A stretch of 64,000 nucleotides of DNA from Nitrospinaceae bacterium (GCA_965223665.1 OZ245011.1:3424001-3488000); one strand, 5' to 3'; counted from the stretch's first letter, positions 49,603 to 59,938 are shown. The notes: generated from the letters alone by a model not told the origin. Numbers and translations: made by a program.

Positions 49603-52137
49603 TTAATTAATTAAAGCAGGTTCGGGGGGAGTTTTCTCTTTTTCCAAGGATTTTTCTTTTGATGTTTCTGTGAAAATTTCGGGATATTCATAATCCTCAA
49701 AAACTTTCTTATATAATTCTTCAGAAACAGGAGTTTTAGAGAAGTTGATTTTCTTCATGATTTTAAACATGGTTAAGCCAAGTAGAAAGGCCGGCGGCAA
49801 ATATATCCAACCAGTACTTTCTCCAAACACCAACTTTGTAAAACCAATAATCAAGAGTATACCGGCAATTGAAGTCATCAGGGCGCATGCGAATCGTTTC
49901 CACGGAAATACGATATGATGTTTCTCATAGTTGAAGTACTTCACTTCTTCCGGCCACCAACCAAATGGTAAAGCACGCGCGAAAAATCTTCTACGAACCT
50001 CTACAGGTTCAGGTTTCGTGAGCAAAGTAGCGATGATCCAGAAGGGCATGACGGTAAAAACACTAAGAATTAGACGAAAGGACTCTTCCTCTAAATACCA
50101 GGTATCTCCAATCGTTGCTGCAAAAAGATAATGATATATTTTTATCCCGTAAGTTAATTCAAAATCCCAAATTGATTGATGAGCCCACAGCCAAGCTACT
50201 AAGTTATCAATAGGGCCAAATCCATGTAGAAGTACATAAGCTATTAAGGATCCTATGAGCCCTGCCATAATGGAATAACTGTTAATTCTCCAATACCAAA
50301 ACATGCATACGGTGGGAAGTCCTGCGCCGGCTAGGAGTTCAATTGCGAGTTCCCATCCCGTCAATAAATTATCTACATGGAGAACATAGTATAGTAAAAG
50401 AAAAATTAAACCGAGAATGGCAACTTTTCCAACAACAAACTCTTCCAACGGAGATGATTTCTTTTTTCGGAGATTACTCCACAACTCCATAATGTAAGAT
50501 CCACCATGAAAGAGTTGACTGGTCATTGTCGACATATAAGCGCCATAAGCTACCGAAACGAAAAGTCCACCTAAAATGCCGGATCCAAATAATATAAACC
50601 CAGAGATTGCTACAGCTGCATCACCATTTAAATGGACCCCATATGAGTGAATGGAAGGAACTAAGAATAATGATGCGATTCCTAAAACTGTCCAGGGGTG
50701 GTGCCTTAAGGCAAAGGAAAAGGTGGAATGAAATAGACCTGCGCCCACAGCATGAAATTCATTTTTACAATCTTTAAGTCTTTGAACTGCATAACCTCCT
50801 ATAAATGATCCCAATAGCGGTTGCAATCCCAGTAGAGCAATTAACCCTATAATTGAAAAAAATAGTTCATTGGAAAAAGGGTAATGCAAAATCAAACTTC
50901 CCATGGTGTCGGGATTGGTGACACGCTGTCCGGTCAAAAATGCGCAAATCTCAGTTTTTTCGATTCCATGGTGATCTAAAGAAGCAGTGTAGGATTTTAA
51001 ATCTGAGAATTTTTCAGAAGGATACATTCGATCATCCAAGAGACCTGCGGATTGCAGTTGGGCAATTGTTTCCTTGTTTTTAAACCTCCAGGGTTTGGGT
51101 ATAAAATGTTTTTCCCAAAACTGATAAAAGGGATCCTGTTCATTCATATCAACAGCGTTTAGAATAATCCTTTTGCTTAATCCAGTGATCTTTGGATCAA
51201 AAATATATTTATTGGGAAGGTGAGAGGATTCTATAAGGATTTGATTTTTAATCAAACGGTTGGGATCTGCGGTGCTTTTTTGGAAAAGTGCTTTTTCGAT
51301 TTTCACTAATGAGTTACGCGTCTCGCCACTAGCGAGGATAGCTTTGCCCTTATTAACAGTTCCTTTAACACCAAAGTCGTCCCAGATATTGATCATTGCA
51401 CCAAAAAACATAAATGCGGCTAGTATAATTTGGGCATTATCTGCTAAGACCATTCCACGAAATCCAGAAAAAAGACTGAAAACCACTACCGGGACAAGCA
51501 TTGCAAAAAATATAAAGGGTTCCGCAGCAAATGTTATGGACGCATTTAGGGGATAAACTTCACCATGTGGCAAAAAATGTGGAAAAATATCTAATCCCTC
51601 AAATGTGAAATAAACTCCGGAAATATTAAATCCCAAAAGTACTACCATTACCATGGCCTTGCACACTGTTCCCATAACAGCGTTGTTTCTTGCAAGAATT
51701 TCTACCAGGCTTTGGATAACCATGAGAACTCTGGCTCTTTGGCCTCCGAAACGAAGTAATGGAAGGGCAGCGTCTGCATAAAGCCGAAGCCTTACCCAAA
51801 TTTCTGCGTATAAGAAGGTACCTAGAGAAAAGGCGATCAATCCGCTTTGCCAAAACCAGTTCCAACCCACTCCACCTTTTGAACGGATAAAGTCTCCCAC
51901 CACAAAGGGTGTATCACTGGCAAACATGGTGGCGATGATAGCCCCACCGGCTACAAACCAAGTGAAGCGTTTAGATTCTTCGACAACAGAGTATGTTTGT
52001 TTTTTGGTTTTTTGCCCAATTCGCCACCGGTAATAGGCATAGGCCATTAAAATTCCAACAAAGGCGAAAAAGGTCCATTGACCACTGGGGCCTAAGTAGA
52101 CGTTTTCAGCAGGTAATGGGGCTTGAATGGAGTTCAC
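49603..52137 (-). CDS. Sodium:solute symporter (SLC5/SSS family) with a large soluble insertion
   Basis: ATMFASDTP, GWNWFW, SGFRGMVLAD..Q, VQRL, AYMSTM..Q, FWYWRIN and ATLLTKPE; TAGTG overlap with the upstream gene. Confidence 0.85.
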   Translation of the reverse strand: MNSIQAPLPAENVYLGPSGQWTFFAFVGILMAYAYYRWRIGQKTKKQTYSVVEESKRFTWFVAGGAIIATMFASDTPFVVGDFIRSKGGVGWNWFWQSGLIAFSLGTFLYAEIWVRLRLYADAALPLLRFGGQRARVLMVIQSLVEILARNNAVMGTVCKAMVMVVLLGFNISGVYFTFEGLDIFPHFLPHGEVYPLNASITFAAEPFIFFAMLVPVVVFSLFSGFRGMVLADNAQIILAAFMFFGAMINIWDDFGVKGTVNKGKAILASGETRNSLVKIEKALFQKSTADPNRLIKNQILIESSHLPNKYIFDPKITGLSKRIILNAVDMNEQDPFYQFWEKHFIPKPWRFKNKETIAQLQSAGLLDDRMYPSEKFSDLKSYTASLDHHGIEKTEICAFLTGQRVTNPDTMGSLILHYPFSNELFFSIIGLIALLGLQPLLGSFIGGYAVQRLKDCKNEFHAVGAGLFHSTFSFALRHHPWTVLGIASLFLVPSIHSYGVHLNGDAAVAISGFILFGSGILGGLFVSVAYGAYMSTMTSQLFHGGSYIMELWSNLRKKKSSPLEEFVVGKVAILGLIFLLLYYVLHVDNLLTGWELAIELLAGAGLPTVCMFWYWRINSYSIMAGLIGSLIAYVLLHGFGPIDNLVAWLWAHQSIWDFELTYGIKIYHYLFAATIGDTWYLEEESFRLILSVFTVMPFWIIATLLTKPEPVEVRRRFFARALPFGWWPEEVKYFNYEKHHIVFPWKRFACALMTSIAGILLIIGFTKLVFGESTGWIYLPPAFLLGLTMFKIMKKINFSKTPVSEELYKKVFEDYEYPEIFTETSKEKSLEKEKTPPEPALIN

Positions 52138-54776
52138 TATAATTTAGGGTCCAAAATTTTAATTTGATTATTTTTTTTAAGATTATTCTTTTTAATGTCT
52201 GCTACAAATATTTTCATTTCATTTTCTTTATGTAAATTTAGAGCTTTCCCATTTAGCTGAATTTCTCTTTCTTGGACGTTAGAAGATTTTCTATAGATGA
52301 TCTCAATTGTTTTATTTTGGTAGACAGTTTGAAAATTGAAATTGTTTAACGGACTTGAGGGATCAGGCTGAATCCTTAAATAATTTATCTCCGGTCGAAA
52401 ACCGAATACATACCAAATTAGTATTTTAAGGAGAACATTTGAGCTCCCCGTTTGCCAATCGTTCATAGATTCACCATCCAATCCTTTGTGTGGATTGTTG
52501 ATGTAAGAATTGGGAATAACGAAGGGAGTCAAGTTGTAATTTTTATGAATTGAAGTAAACGGTAATAGTTTTTCAAGTTGAATCCAGGCTCTTCTCGATT
52601 TTCCGATTTGAAATAAAGACCATACTCCAAATAATGTCGCATGATTATAAGTGGCTCCATTTTCTGCAGTTCCTTTGGGCAGTCTGGGAATTCGACCAAA
52701 CCAATGTTCAGTCCCTCTTTCAAAAGCGGGATAGAAGGTTCGAAGGCCATATTTATCATCAAGGACATCGTAAGCTTCTAATATTTGAGGCAACAAGTTT
52801 ATATTGGATTTATCCACAGCATCTTTGTGGGCTCCACTTAATATCCAATATGCATTGCTGGTTAAGCTGTGACGTGATTTGCCGTCTGGGTCCTTGAAGC
52901 CACCTACTGTGTACTTCGAATCGTCTCCAAATCCATGAACAACTCTTTTAGAATTTCCTTTACGAAGAATGGAATTTTGGGTTAAACCTTTAAAAAGTTT
53001 TTGTTTTGATTTTCTGTAAAGAGATATTTCTTTTTTATATTTAGACCCTGAATCCAGCCAATTTAAAACCTCCAACATATCATTGCAGTTTTGATACAAT
53101 TGCAAACTTCCCATGACAGTAGTTCCAGTCCCAAATTTACTTCCCTTCTTTTTTGTAAAGCCTAATCCATCAAGGGCATCATTCCAATCACCGTACAAAG
53201 CCTTTAGCAGATTTGTTTTGGGATTAATATTTTTAATCAGATAAGATAAAATCTTGATTAAATGATCTAAAATCGTATCCGTTTTCTTAATAGGAGCAAT
53301 AGTTCCAAGATATGGATTGTCGTCTATGATTTGATGGTAGCCGACTTCTTGAAATAAAAAAGAACGGTCTCCAGAAACTTTAATGTATTCCACTACAGTT
53401 TTAATTACCCACAATCCTTGATCGATAAATTCTCTAGTATCTGCAACAAGGCTTCCGGGAAGGTATTGTCGTAGGCATCTTCCATTGGGGCAGGTGTAGC
53501 TCAATCCTTCAATAATTTTTCTTTTTGCCATTTTAGGAGAAAAGTAAATGTAAGCCTCCAAAGCTTGAAAAACATCTCTAATACCTACCAATGACCTAGG
53601 CGCTAATTGCATGTAACCCTTAATTTCCGAGCAAACGGTTACCTGATGCTGAATATTTTTTAAAAAGGGAAAGAAATCTTCATCGTTGATTTGAGTATTT
53701 TTAGTATCAAAACCACCCTTAAGTTTAAAAGTCTGTTTATTTTTGCTTGATAATGATTTTATCTTTGAAATGGATTTGTCAATTGATGTCGTAGAAATTG
53801 GTTTGGCTGAAAGTTTTGCGAGTTCATTTGGATTTTTTATCCTTTGATAAACGAAATCGAACCTTGCCGTTGAGGTTGTTTTTGATTCAAATAAAATGGA
53901 ATTAGAAAAAATTCCTTTATCGTTAAAAACAGTCTCTAATCTTTGATTGGGAAAATGAATTCTATTTAAGGCGGCGGCATTATTTAAATTTCGGTTATTT
54001 CCTCCTACAAATTCATTTCGGGAAGTTGTGGTTTCGTAATCCAAGAACCGTGTTTCACTAAATGTGCAGCGGCCACGAAGTAAGGATAAATGGGTTAAGG
54101 AGGTATTGCGATCAGGATCTTCATAAACAATCAAAGAACTTGCAGGCAAATAAATCTGTGATGAATTCTTCTTTTTAAAGTTATGGGTGGTTTTGGTGGT
54201 CAAGAACCAACGATCCTCGTCAGACTTACTCAAATCGTTTTTTTCATGAGGAGAAAAATATGTCAGGAGTCTGCAGTTAGATCTGGGTCGCTTAAAAGAA
54301 ATAAAAAAAGAAAACAATAACTGGTTTTTAGAGTTTACCGTTACCCTTACGATTGCATTGATATCCTGCCACTCCGTGAAATAATAAGCTGCAAAGAGAC
54401 TAAAAATAGTGTGTCTTTTTGCGCCATCTTTTAAAAAAGGAACAGGGAGTAGTGAAATTACTTTTGTCCCGGTATTGAGAAAAAAAGCAATTTGAGGTTC
54501 TTCTCCTTCCTTCGCAACAGAAAATAATTGATGCAATCCATCGGAAGCGTATATATACCCATTGGCCTGGCACCAAAGAGTAAATCCGTTTGTGCCATAG
54601 ACAAATCGTCCAGGCGGTGAGGGTCCCCAAATAGCTCCTCCACCTTTCTGTAGAAAAGCATATTTTCTAGCTGAATTTTCTTTGTTTACCCGGACTTTGG
54701 AGGCTGCAATAACATCAGAAGGAAATGGCAAAGAAAGTTTTCTAGATTTTTCTTGATGGATTCCGAAATGGAGCAC
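52137..54776 (-). CDS. GH94-family glycoside phosphorylase (cellobiose/cellobionate phosphorylase-like)
   Basis: GIRDVFQ, GDWNDAL, ENGATYNHA and WQTGS motifs; 879 aa. Confidence 0.82.
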   Translation of the reverse strand: MLHFGIHQEKSRKLSLPFPSDVIAASKVRVNKENSARKYAFLQKGGGAIWGPSPPGRFVYGTNGFTLWCQANGYIYASDGLHQLFSVAKEGEEPQIAFFLNTGTKVISLLPVPFLKDGAKRHTIFSLFAAYYFTEWQDINAIVRVTVNSKNQLLFSFFISFKRPRSNCRLLTYFSPHEKNDLSKSDEDRWFLTTKTTHNFKKKNSSQIYLPASSLIVYEDPDRNTSLTHLSLLRGRCTFSETRFLDYETTTSRNEFVGGNNRNLNNAAALNRIHFPNQRLETVFNDKGIFSNSILFESKTTSTARFDFVYQRIKNPNELAKLSAKPISTTSIDKSISKIKSLSSKNKQTFKLKGGFDTKNTQINDEDFFPFLKNIQHQVTVCSEIKGYMQLAPRSLVGIRDVFQALEAYIYFSPKMAKRKIIEGLSYTCPNGRCLRQYLPGSLVADTREFIDQGLWVIKTVVEYIKVSGDRSFLFQEVGYHQIIDDNPYLGTIAPIKKTDTILDHLIKILSYLIKNINPKTNLLKALYGDWNDALDGLGFTKKKGSKFGTGTTVMGSLQLYQNCNDMLEVLNWLDSGSKYKKEISLYRKSKQKLFKGLTQNSILRKGNSKRVVHGFGDDSKYTVGGFKDPDGKSRHSLTSNAYWILSGAHKDAVDKSNINLLPQILEAYDVLDDKYGLRTFYPAFERGTEHWFGRIPRLPKGTAENGATYNHATLFGVWSLFQIGKSRRAWIQLEKLLPFTSIHKNYNLTPFVIPNSYINNPHKGLDGESMNDWQTGSSNVLLKILIWYVFGFRPEINYLRIQPDPSSPLNNFNFQTVYQNKTIEIIYRKSSNVQEREIQLNGKALNLHKENEMKIFVADIKKNNLKKNNQIKILDPKL

Positions 54777-54899
54777 AGTAATTACTTGTTATAGATATTT
54801 GACCATTCTCAATTTTTAATTTTCTTTGGAGAATAAAGAATTAATTCTAATAAATAGGTTAAGGGGTTTTCGATATTGTCACAAGGCAGGTTTGTTAAT

Positions 54900-55907
54900 T
54901 TAGACTTTTTTGGGATAGTTTGATCTATTCATTTTAGACGAATGGGGCCATAGACGGCATAAGCCGGCAACTAAACTTCCCAGGATGCAATGCGTTAAGG
55001 CAGAGATAGCACCCGGAACGGTTGCAAGTCCAAAGTTAGTAAAATTACCCCGGGCTAACTCGGTTGCCAATCCAGAATTTTGCATTCCTACTTCTACCGA
55101 AACGGTTCTTGAGTTATTTTCATCAGATCCTAAAGTTTTGGAAATTATATAACCTAAGAAAAACCCTAAGCAGTGCAAAGTTAATATGGAAAAAATTAAT
55201 AATAATCCACTTTCAAGAATGGCTTGTTTTTTGACAGCCAATATAAAGTCCACAATAAACACGATAGATAAGACTGCCAAAAGAGGGGTGTATGGAGTAA
55301 TTTTTTTTACCCACCTATGGCAAAAATGGTTTAGAAGAATTCCAACCGTAACAGGCAAGATGACTACTTGGAACGTGTTAATTAAAAGACCCAAAGTATC
55401 TACATGTATGCCTACCCCAGTCAAATCTTGAGAGAGTGATTCAATTAGCCAAGTAGTTAGAAGGGGAGTCGCTAAAACAGCAATCAAGGTAGAAAAGGTT
55501 GTAAGGGTAACTGATAGAGCGACATTTAGTCGTGCGATAAAGCACACTACATTGGAGGCTGTCCCGCCAGGGCAGCAAGCCACGAGAACTAATCCAATAA
55601 CAAAGTCGAGAGGTAGGTGGAACAGTTTTGAGATGAAATAACCTAATACAGGCATGATTAAATACTGAAGTCCGACTCCGATTAACACGGCTTTAGGAAT
55701 TTCTAATATTCTTAAAAAGTCTTTATAGGTTAAAGTCAATCCCATACTGAGCATAATGATGCCCAGGAAAAATGGAATCCAGGTGGGTTTAAACCATGTG
55801 GCGGTTGCAGGTTCCCAAAATGCCAAAACCGCTCCAGTGATTACCCAAAGGGGAAAAGCGTTGGCAAGGGTTGTGAAAACACGTTGGATTTTGTTCAGGG
55901 AAAACAA
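54900..55907 (-). CDS. Bile acid:sodium symporter (BASS) family transporter
   Basis: IMLSMGLTL, QYLIMP, CCPGGTASNV and SVEVGMQNSGLA. Confidence 0.93.
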   Translation of the reverse strand: MFSLNKIQRVFTTLANAFPLWVITGAVLAFWEPATATWFKPTWIPFFLGIIMLSMGLTLTYKDFLRILEIPKAVLIGVGLQYLIMPVLGYFISKLFHLPLDFVIGLVLVACCPGGTASNVVCFIARLNVALSVTLTTFSTLIAVLATPLLTTWLIESLSQDLTGVGIHVDTLGLLINTFQVVILPVTVGILLNHFCHRWVKKITPYTPLLAVLSIVFIVDFILAVKKQAILESGLLLIFSILTLHCLGFFLGYIISKTLGSDENNSRTVSVEVGMQNSGLATELARGNFTNFGLATVPGAISALTHCILGSLVAGLCRLWPHSSKMNRSNYPKKV

Positions 55908-56561
55908 TCAAGGTTTTTGTGCAATGATACTGGAATAGGCTTGATGCGCTCCATCATCGAATGCTTGGTATCGAATGATTTTAAAATCTTTAAAGACTTT
56001 AAGTAATTCATTGGTTTCTAAAGCCCATTGACGCCGAAAACCGGAATTATATTTGAGATAATCCACATTATAAGTTTCTACGACTACCATCCCACCGGGT
56101 TTTAAGGCTTCCTTAATTTGATCAAATAAATCCCTTTGCATGTAGTACATCATTAAAATGACATCATAGGAATTTTTTTCTAACGATGCTTTTTCTAAAT
56201 CGACCACTTGAGTTTTAATAGAAACTCCATTTTCTTTTGCTAATCGATGGGCTTTTTGTAGGCCTACCTCAGAAATATCTAACCCTGTGACGTCGAATCC
56301 ATGCGCTGCTAAAAAAACTCCATTTCGACCCTCTCCCATTGCAATATCAAGTGCTTTTCCTTTGGGCAATAGATTTAAGTTTTCCTTGAGAAACGGAACA
56401 GGATTTTTGCCAAAAAGGTATACTTCATTTTCGTATTTGGCATCCCAGCGTTTTTTGTCCCTGGGTTTAGCTTCTAGTTGGAAAGTAAAGAATAAAGAAA
56501 ATACTAACACCCAAACCAAAAAGTTTGAGCATATAAGAAGATTTTTAGAAAGGAAGTGCAT
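55908..56561 (-). CDS. Class I SAM-dependent methyltransferase (TehB-like) with N-terminal signal/anchor
   Basis: LDIAMGEGRN, GLDIS and LKPGG; hydrophobic N-terminus. Confidence 0.9.
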   Translation of the reverse strand: MHFLSKNLLICSNFLVWVLVFSLFFTFQLEAKPRDKKRWDAKYENEVYLFGKNPVPFLKENLNLLPKGKALDIAMGEGRNGVFLAAHGFDVTGLDISEVGLQKAHRLAKENGVSIKTQVVDLEKASLEKNSYDVILMMYYMQRDLFDQIKEALKPGGMVVVETYNVDYLKYNSGFRRQWALETNELLKVFKDFKIIRYQAFDDGAHQAYSSIIAQKP

Positions 56562-56591
56562 TCAAAGCCTCCTGTCGGCATTTATGGTTCG

Positions 56592-56619
56592 ATTTTACCG
56601 AAACGATGTGGACTGTCAA
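56592..56619 (-). promoter_or_regulatory. Putative sigma70 promoter of the methyltransferase-BASS pair
   Basis: Minus strand TTGACA-16 nt-TAAAAT, about 30 nt before the ATG. Confidence 0.55.
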
Positions 56620-56652
56620 GCTGATTTACCCGTTTACTTGTACCTATAAGAA

Positions 56653-57255
56653 TTGATAAACTTACAAACATCACAAAACATTAAGAAAATTTATTCTGGC
56701 CATTGGAGTATGACCATGCTTAATAAAGTGAGATTTTTTTGTAAGGTTTTTTTTATTTTTCAGTTTGGTTTTTTTTTCCTTACTTCCCCTATAATGGCGG
56801 AAAATATTTCTAAAAAGCCTGTAAATGTTTCATCAGATCAGAGGTTTCAGGATTTTGGAGATGGAACCATTTTAGATTCCAGTAATCATCTGATGTGGAT
56901 GAAGCAAGATTATTGGCAGATAGAGAAAAAATGGGTGAATTGGTATACGGCTCAAGAATTTGTCCAGCGAATGAATAACAAAAAATTTGCAGGATATAAT
57001 GATTGGAGATTGCCGACTGCTAAAGAAGCCCATGCTTTATATGATCGCCGCCGTCGAAATATTGATAAGGATGGAGATAAGATTTTTATTGATCGGATTT
57101 TTCCCAAAGGATCGGGGTGGGGAACATGGACACAAGAAGAAAAAGGTAGTCAGGCAATTGTTGTTTCATTTAAGGATGAAGGGGGGCAAGCTTATCAGGA
57201 TAAAATCAAGGGTCCTGATGCCTTTTTACGGCTGGTGCGAGGACCTGTTTCTTGA
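56653..57255 (+). CDS. Exported DUF1566 (Lcl C-terminal) domain protein
   Basis: RFQDFGDGTI.D...LMW, GYNDWRLPT and RLVR; true start probably ATG 56710 or 56716 (GGAG SD). Confidence 0.85.
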   Translation: MINLQTSQNIKKIYSGHWSMTMLNKVRFFCKVFFIFQFGFFFLTSPIMAENISKKPVNVSSDQRFQDFGDGTILDSSNHLMWMKQDYWQIEKKWVNWYTAQEFVQRMNNKKFAGYNDWRLPTAKEAHALYDRRRRNIDKDGDKIFIDRIFPKGSGWGTWTQEEKGSQAIVVSFKDEGGQAYQDKIKGPDAFLRLVRGPVS

Positions 57256-57320
57256 TTTAGTAATTGAATGATTGGTTTATCTGAATTATAAAATTCGAAA
57301 ATTTAATAAAGGAGACCGTC

Positions 57321-57836
57321 GTGCGAATATTAAACTCAGTAATCTTATCTATTATGATAATTTTTGCCGCAACATCAAATTCGTTAGCTGATGAAACTCC
57401 AGGACCCTTAGCAGGCTATACGATTCATGTCACTGCACCTCATATGATGGATGGAGAAGTAGTGGGCCCTTTTCACCATTATTGCAAGCCTATCAATAAA
57501 GATGTAATCCAATGTATTTTATTTGAATCCACAGACCCGAATGCAAGAATGACCGAGGTCGAATATATGGTTTCAAAAGACTTGGCTCGAAAAGTCATTC
57601 CTGGTTGGTCTCATAAAGCAAATTGGCATGATCATAAGCAGGAAATTGAAACAGGCCGAGTAGCCGTTATTCATCCTACCGATGAAAAAGAAGTAAAATC
57701 TTTAGTGGATCATGTAGCAAAAACTGATGGTATTATTTTTCACTTGTGGCCCAAAGATGCACCAATTCCTGATGGAACAGTAGGGATTGCCCAATCTGTA
57801 GGACATTGGGAAGCTTTGCATGGAAAAGTAAAGTAA
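57321..57836 (+). CDS. Exported DUF1264 (OBAP-like) protein
   Basis: Signal peptide; HHYC, QCILF, EVEYMVS and WHDH..E; AAGGAG SD with GTG start. Confidence 0.8.
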   Translation: MRILNSVILSIMIIFAATSNSLADETPGPLAGYTIHVTAPHMMDGEVVGPFHHYCKPINKDVIQCILFESTDPNARMTEVEYMVSKDLARKVIPGWSHKANWHDHKQEIETGRVAVIHPTDEKEVKSLVDHVAKTDGIIFHLWPKDAPIPDGTVGIAQSVGHWEALHGKVK

Positions 57837-57859
57837 TGCCATTGAATTTTTAAATTAAA

Positions 57860-58303
57860 TTGAAAATGAATACTATAAGAAAGTTTTCCCCCATAATATT
57901 CTTATGGATTGCAGTGATTTTTCTAATTCAACCCGCTTCTGCATTTCACCCAAGCATTTATGAGCCGCGGGTTCCAAAAGAAGAACTTGAAAATATTCAG
58001 GAAATTGAAAGTCCCTTTGAGGAAACATCTGAAAATATTGAAAAAGGCAGAAAGATTTATTTTGGAAAAGGACTTTGTGTTACCTGCCATAGTAATAATG
58101 GAAAAGGAGTTTTATTACCTGGTCATTCACCCAGGAATTTTACTAATGTGAAATGGCAGGATTTAAGAACCGATGGTGAATTGATGTGGGTGCTGAAAAA
58201 TGGTAGTCCGGGAACAGGAATGCCGATTCGAGTGGGTAAGGTGATATCAGAAGAAGAAGGTTGGTATGTTATTCAATTTATTCGTACATTTAGGGGAAAA
58301 TAA
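57860..58303 (+). CDS. Periplasmic monoheme cytochrome c
   Basis: Signal peptide; CVTCH, DGELMW and GSPGTGMP. Confidence 0.92.
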   Translation: MKMNTIRKFSPIIFLWIAVIFLIQPASAFHPSIYEPRVPKEELENIQEIESPFEETSENIEKGRKIYFGKGLCVTCHSNNGKGVLLPGHSPRNFTNVKWQDLRTDGELMWVLKNGSPGTGMPIRVGKVISEEEGWYVIQFIRTFRGK

Positions 58304-58417
58304 AAATTAAGTCACTCTGGTATTTTTATTAGTGAACGTATTAAAATAAACTTGATTGGATAATAAAAATCCAAACCGAACTAATTATTTGAGAATACTT
58401 TCTAGGAGTTTGCAATT

Positions 58418-59419
58418 ATGCGAATAGCATTTAGCCTTATATTAGTCTTGGTTTTAGTATCCTGTAGTCATACCAAAATTCAGGAGCAAGACTCTTCATA
58501 TGAGCCGGTACCAAAAATGGCTTACCCTAAAAATAACCCTTGGTCAAAAGATAAAGAAGAGCTTGGTAAATTACTTTACTTTGACAAAAGACTATCCGGT
58601 GACAATTCAATAAGCTGTGCAACATGCCACGATCCTTCTAAGGGTTGGTCAGATGGATTACCTAGAACCATTGGTTTTGGGAATAAAGAATTGGGCCGAC
58701 ATTCCCCTACCATCATTAATAGTGGTTATTTTGAGGCACAATTCTGGGATGGGAGGGCGAATACTTTAGAAGAACAAGCCGTGGGACCCATTGCCGCTCC
58801 AGGAGAAATGAATCAAAATTTTGATGAATTAATAAAAGAACTTGGTGATATTCCAGAATATAAAAAAAGGTTTAATAAAGTATTTGGTTCATCGGGAATT
58901 TCTAAAGAAAACATTGCAAAAGCCATTGCCACATTTGAACGATCTGTGGTGTCTAAAAACTCCGCTTATGACAAATTTGCTAAAGGTGATCGGTCCGCTA
59001 TGTCAAAGGCTTCTGTTCGAGGAATGAAATTGTTTTTTGGTAAAGCCAAGTGCGGAATTTGCCATAATGGCCCCGTATTTACTGACAGTCAATTTCATAA
59101 CATTGGGGTAAAGCAGCATGGACCGCTTAAAGTAGACTTAGGTCGTTATAATGTTACTAAAGATAATTTCGATAAAGGAGCTTTTAAAACTCCAGGTTTA
59201 CGAAATATTTCCCAAAACCCACCCTATATGCATGATGGTAGTGAGGCGACCCTTAAGGAGGTTGTAGAATTTTATAATCGGGGTGGTGATGTAAAAGAAA
59301 ATTTGAGCCCGTTCATAACTCCATTAAATTTGAATGAGCAAGAGGTTATGGATGTGGTTGCCTTTCTTAAAGCTTTAGATGGAGAACCTTTGCAAATTAA
59401 GGCTCCTAAATTACCTTAG
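58418..59419 (+). CDS. Diheme cytochrome c peroxidase/MauG superfamily lipoprotein
   Basis: Lipobox LVSC; CATCH, FWDGRA, GEMN, CGICH, FKTPGLRN and PYMHDG. Confidence 0.93.
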   Translation: MRIAFSLILVLVLVSCSHTKIQEQDSSYEPVPKMAYPKNNPWSKDKEELGKLLYFDKRLSGDNSISCATCHDPSKGWSDGLPRTIGFGNKELGRHSPTIINSGYFEAQFWDGRANTLEEQAVGPIAAPGEMNQNFDELIKELGDIPEYKKRFNKVFGSSGISKENIAKAIATFERSVVSKNSAYDKFAKGDRSAMSKASVRGMKLFFGKAKCGICHNGPVFTDSQFHNIGVKQHGPLKVDLGRYNVTKDNFDKGAFKTPGLRNISQNPPYMHDGSEATLKEVVEFYNRGGDVKENLSPFITPLNLNEQEVMDVVAFLKALDGEPLQIKAPKLP

Positions 59420-59431
59420 TGTTTTTCAAGG

Positions 59432-59938
59432 ATGAACTTTAAGGAGACTATTGTGTTAAAAATAATCAAAATTTTGTGGGTTGGGTTCACTCTTCTATTT
59501 TTGGCACTTTGTTCCACGGTATATGGGCAGAGTATTTTGAACAAAGAAGAACCTTCTGGAATTTGTCCGCAACCCCGAAAAACCCCCAAAGCTCCCGATG
59601 AATATTTAAAGGCTAAAAATCCATTAGAACCGACTTCAAAAAATATTCTTGCGGGTAAAACCTTGTTTATGTTTGATGCTAAACCTAGTGCTTGTAAAAT
59701 ATGTCATGGATTATCAGGAGATGGTTTGGGAATAATGTTTCGTCAAGTTCACCCGAAACCGAGAAATTTTACTTGTGTTTATACGATGGATAAATTACCA
59801 GATGGTCAATTGTTTTGGGTTATAAAGAATGGGTCTCCAGGGACGGCTATGCCCTCTTTTGATTATCTGGATGACAATGAGATTTGGCAATTGGTCCTTT
59901 ATTTGAGAAGTTTTGCGAAGAAAGATTGGAATTTATGA
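59432..59938 (+). CDS. Periplasmic monoheme cytochrome c (CPQ..RNFTC type)
   Basis: CKICH, CPQPRKT, RNFTC and DGQLFW..KNGSPGTAMP; probable GTG start at 59453. Confidence 0.92.
   Translation: MNFKETIVLKIIKILWVGFTLLFLALCSTVYGQSILNKEEPSGICPQPRKTPKAPDEYLKAKNPLEPTSKNILAGKTLFMFDAKPSACKICHGLSGDGLGIMFRQVHPKPRNFTCVYTMDKLPDGQLFWVIKNGSPGTAMPSFDYLDDNEIWQLVLYLRSFAKKDWNL

Noticed and set aside
55880-55910. Selenocysteine recoding of the methyltransferase TGA
   Set aside because: The stop falls at the natural end of the domain, not at a Cys-equivalent position, and the downstream hairpin is weak and not SECIS-like.
24163-57255. Diversity-generating retroelement targeting the FGE-fold or DUF1566 C-type-lectin-fold genes
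   Set aside because: No reverse transcriptase, and by eye no non-coding template repeat resembling any of their 3' ends in this window. A remote DGR cannot be excluded.
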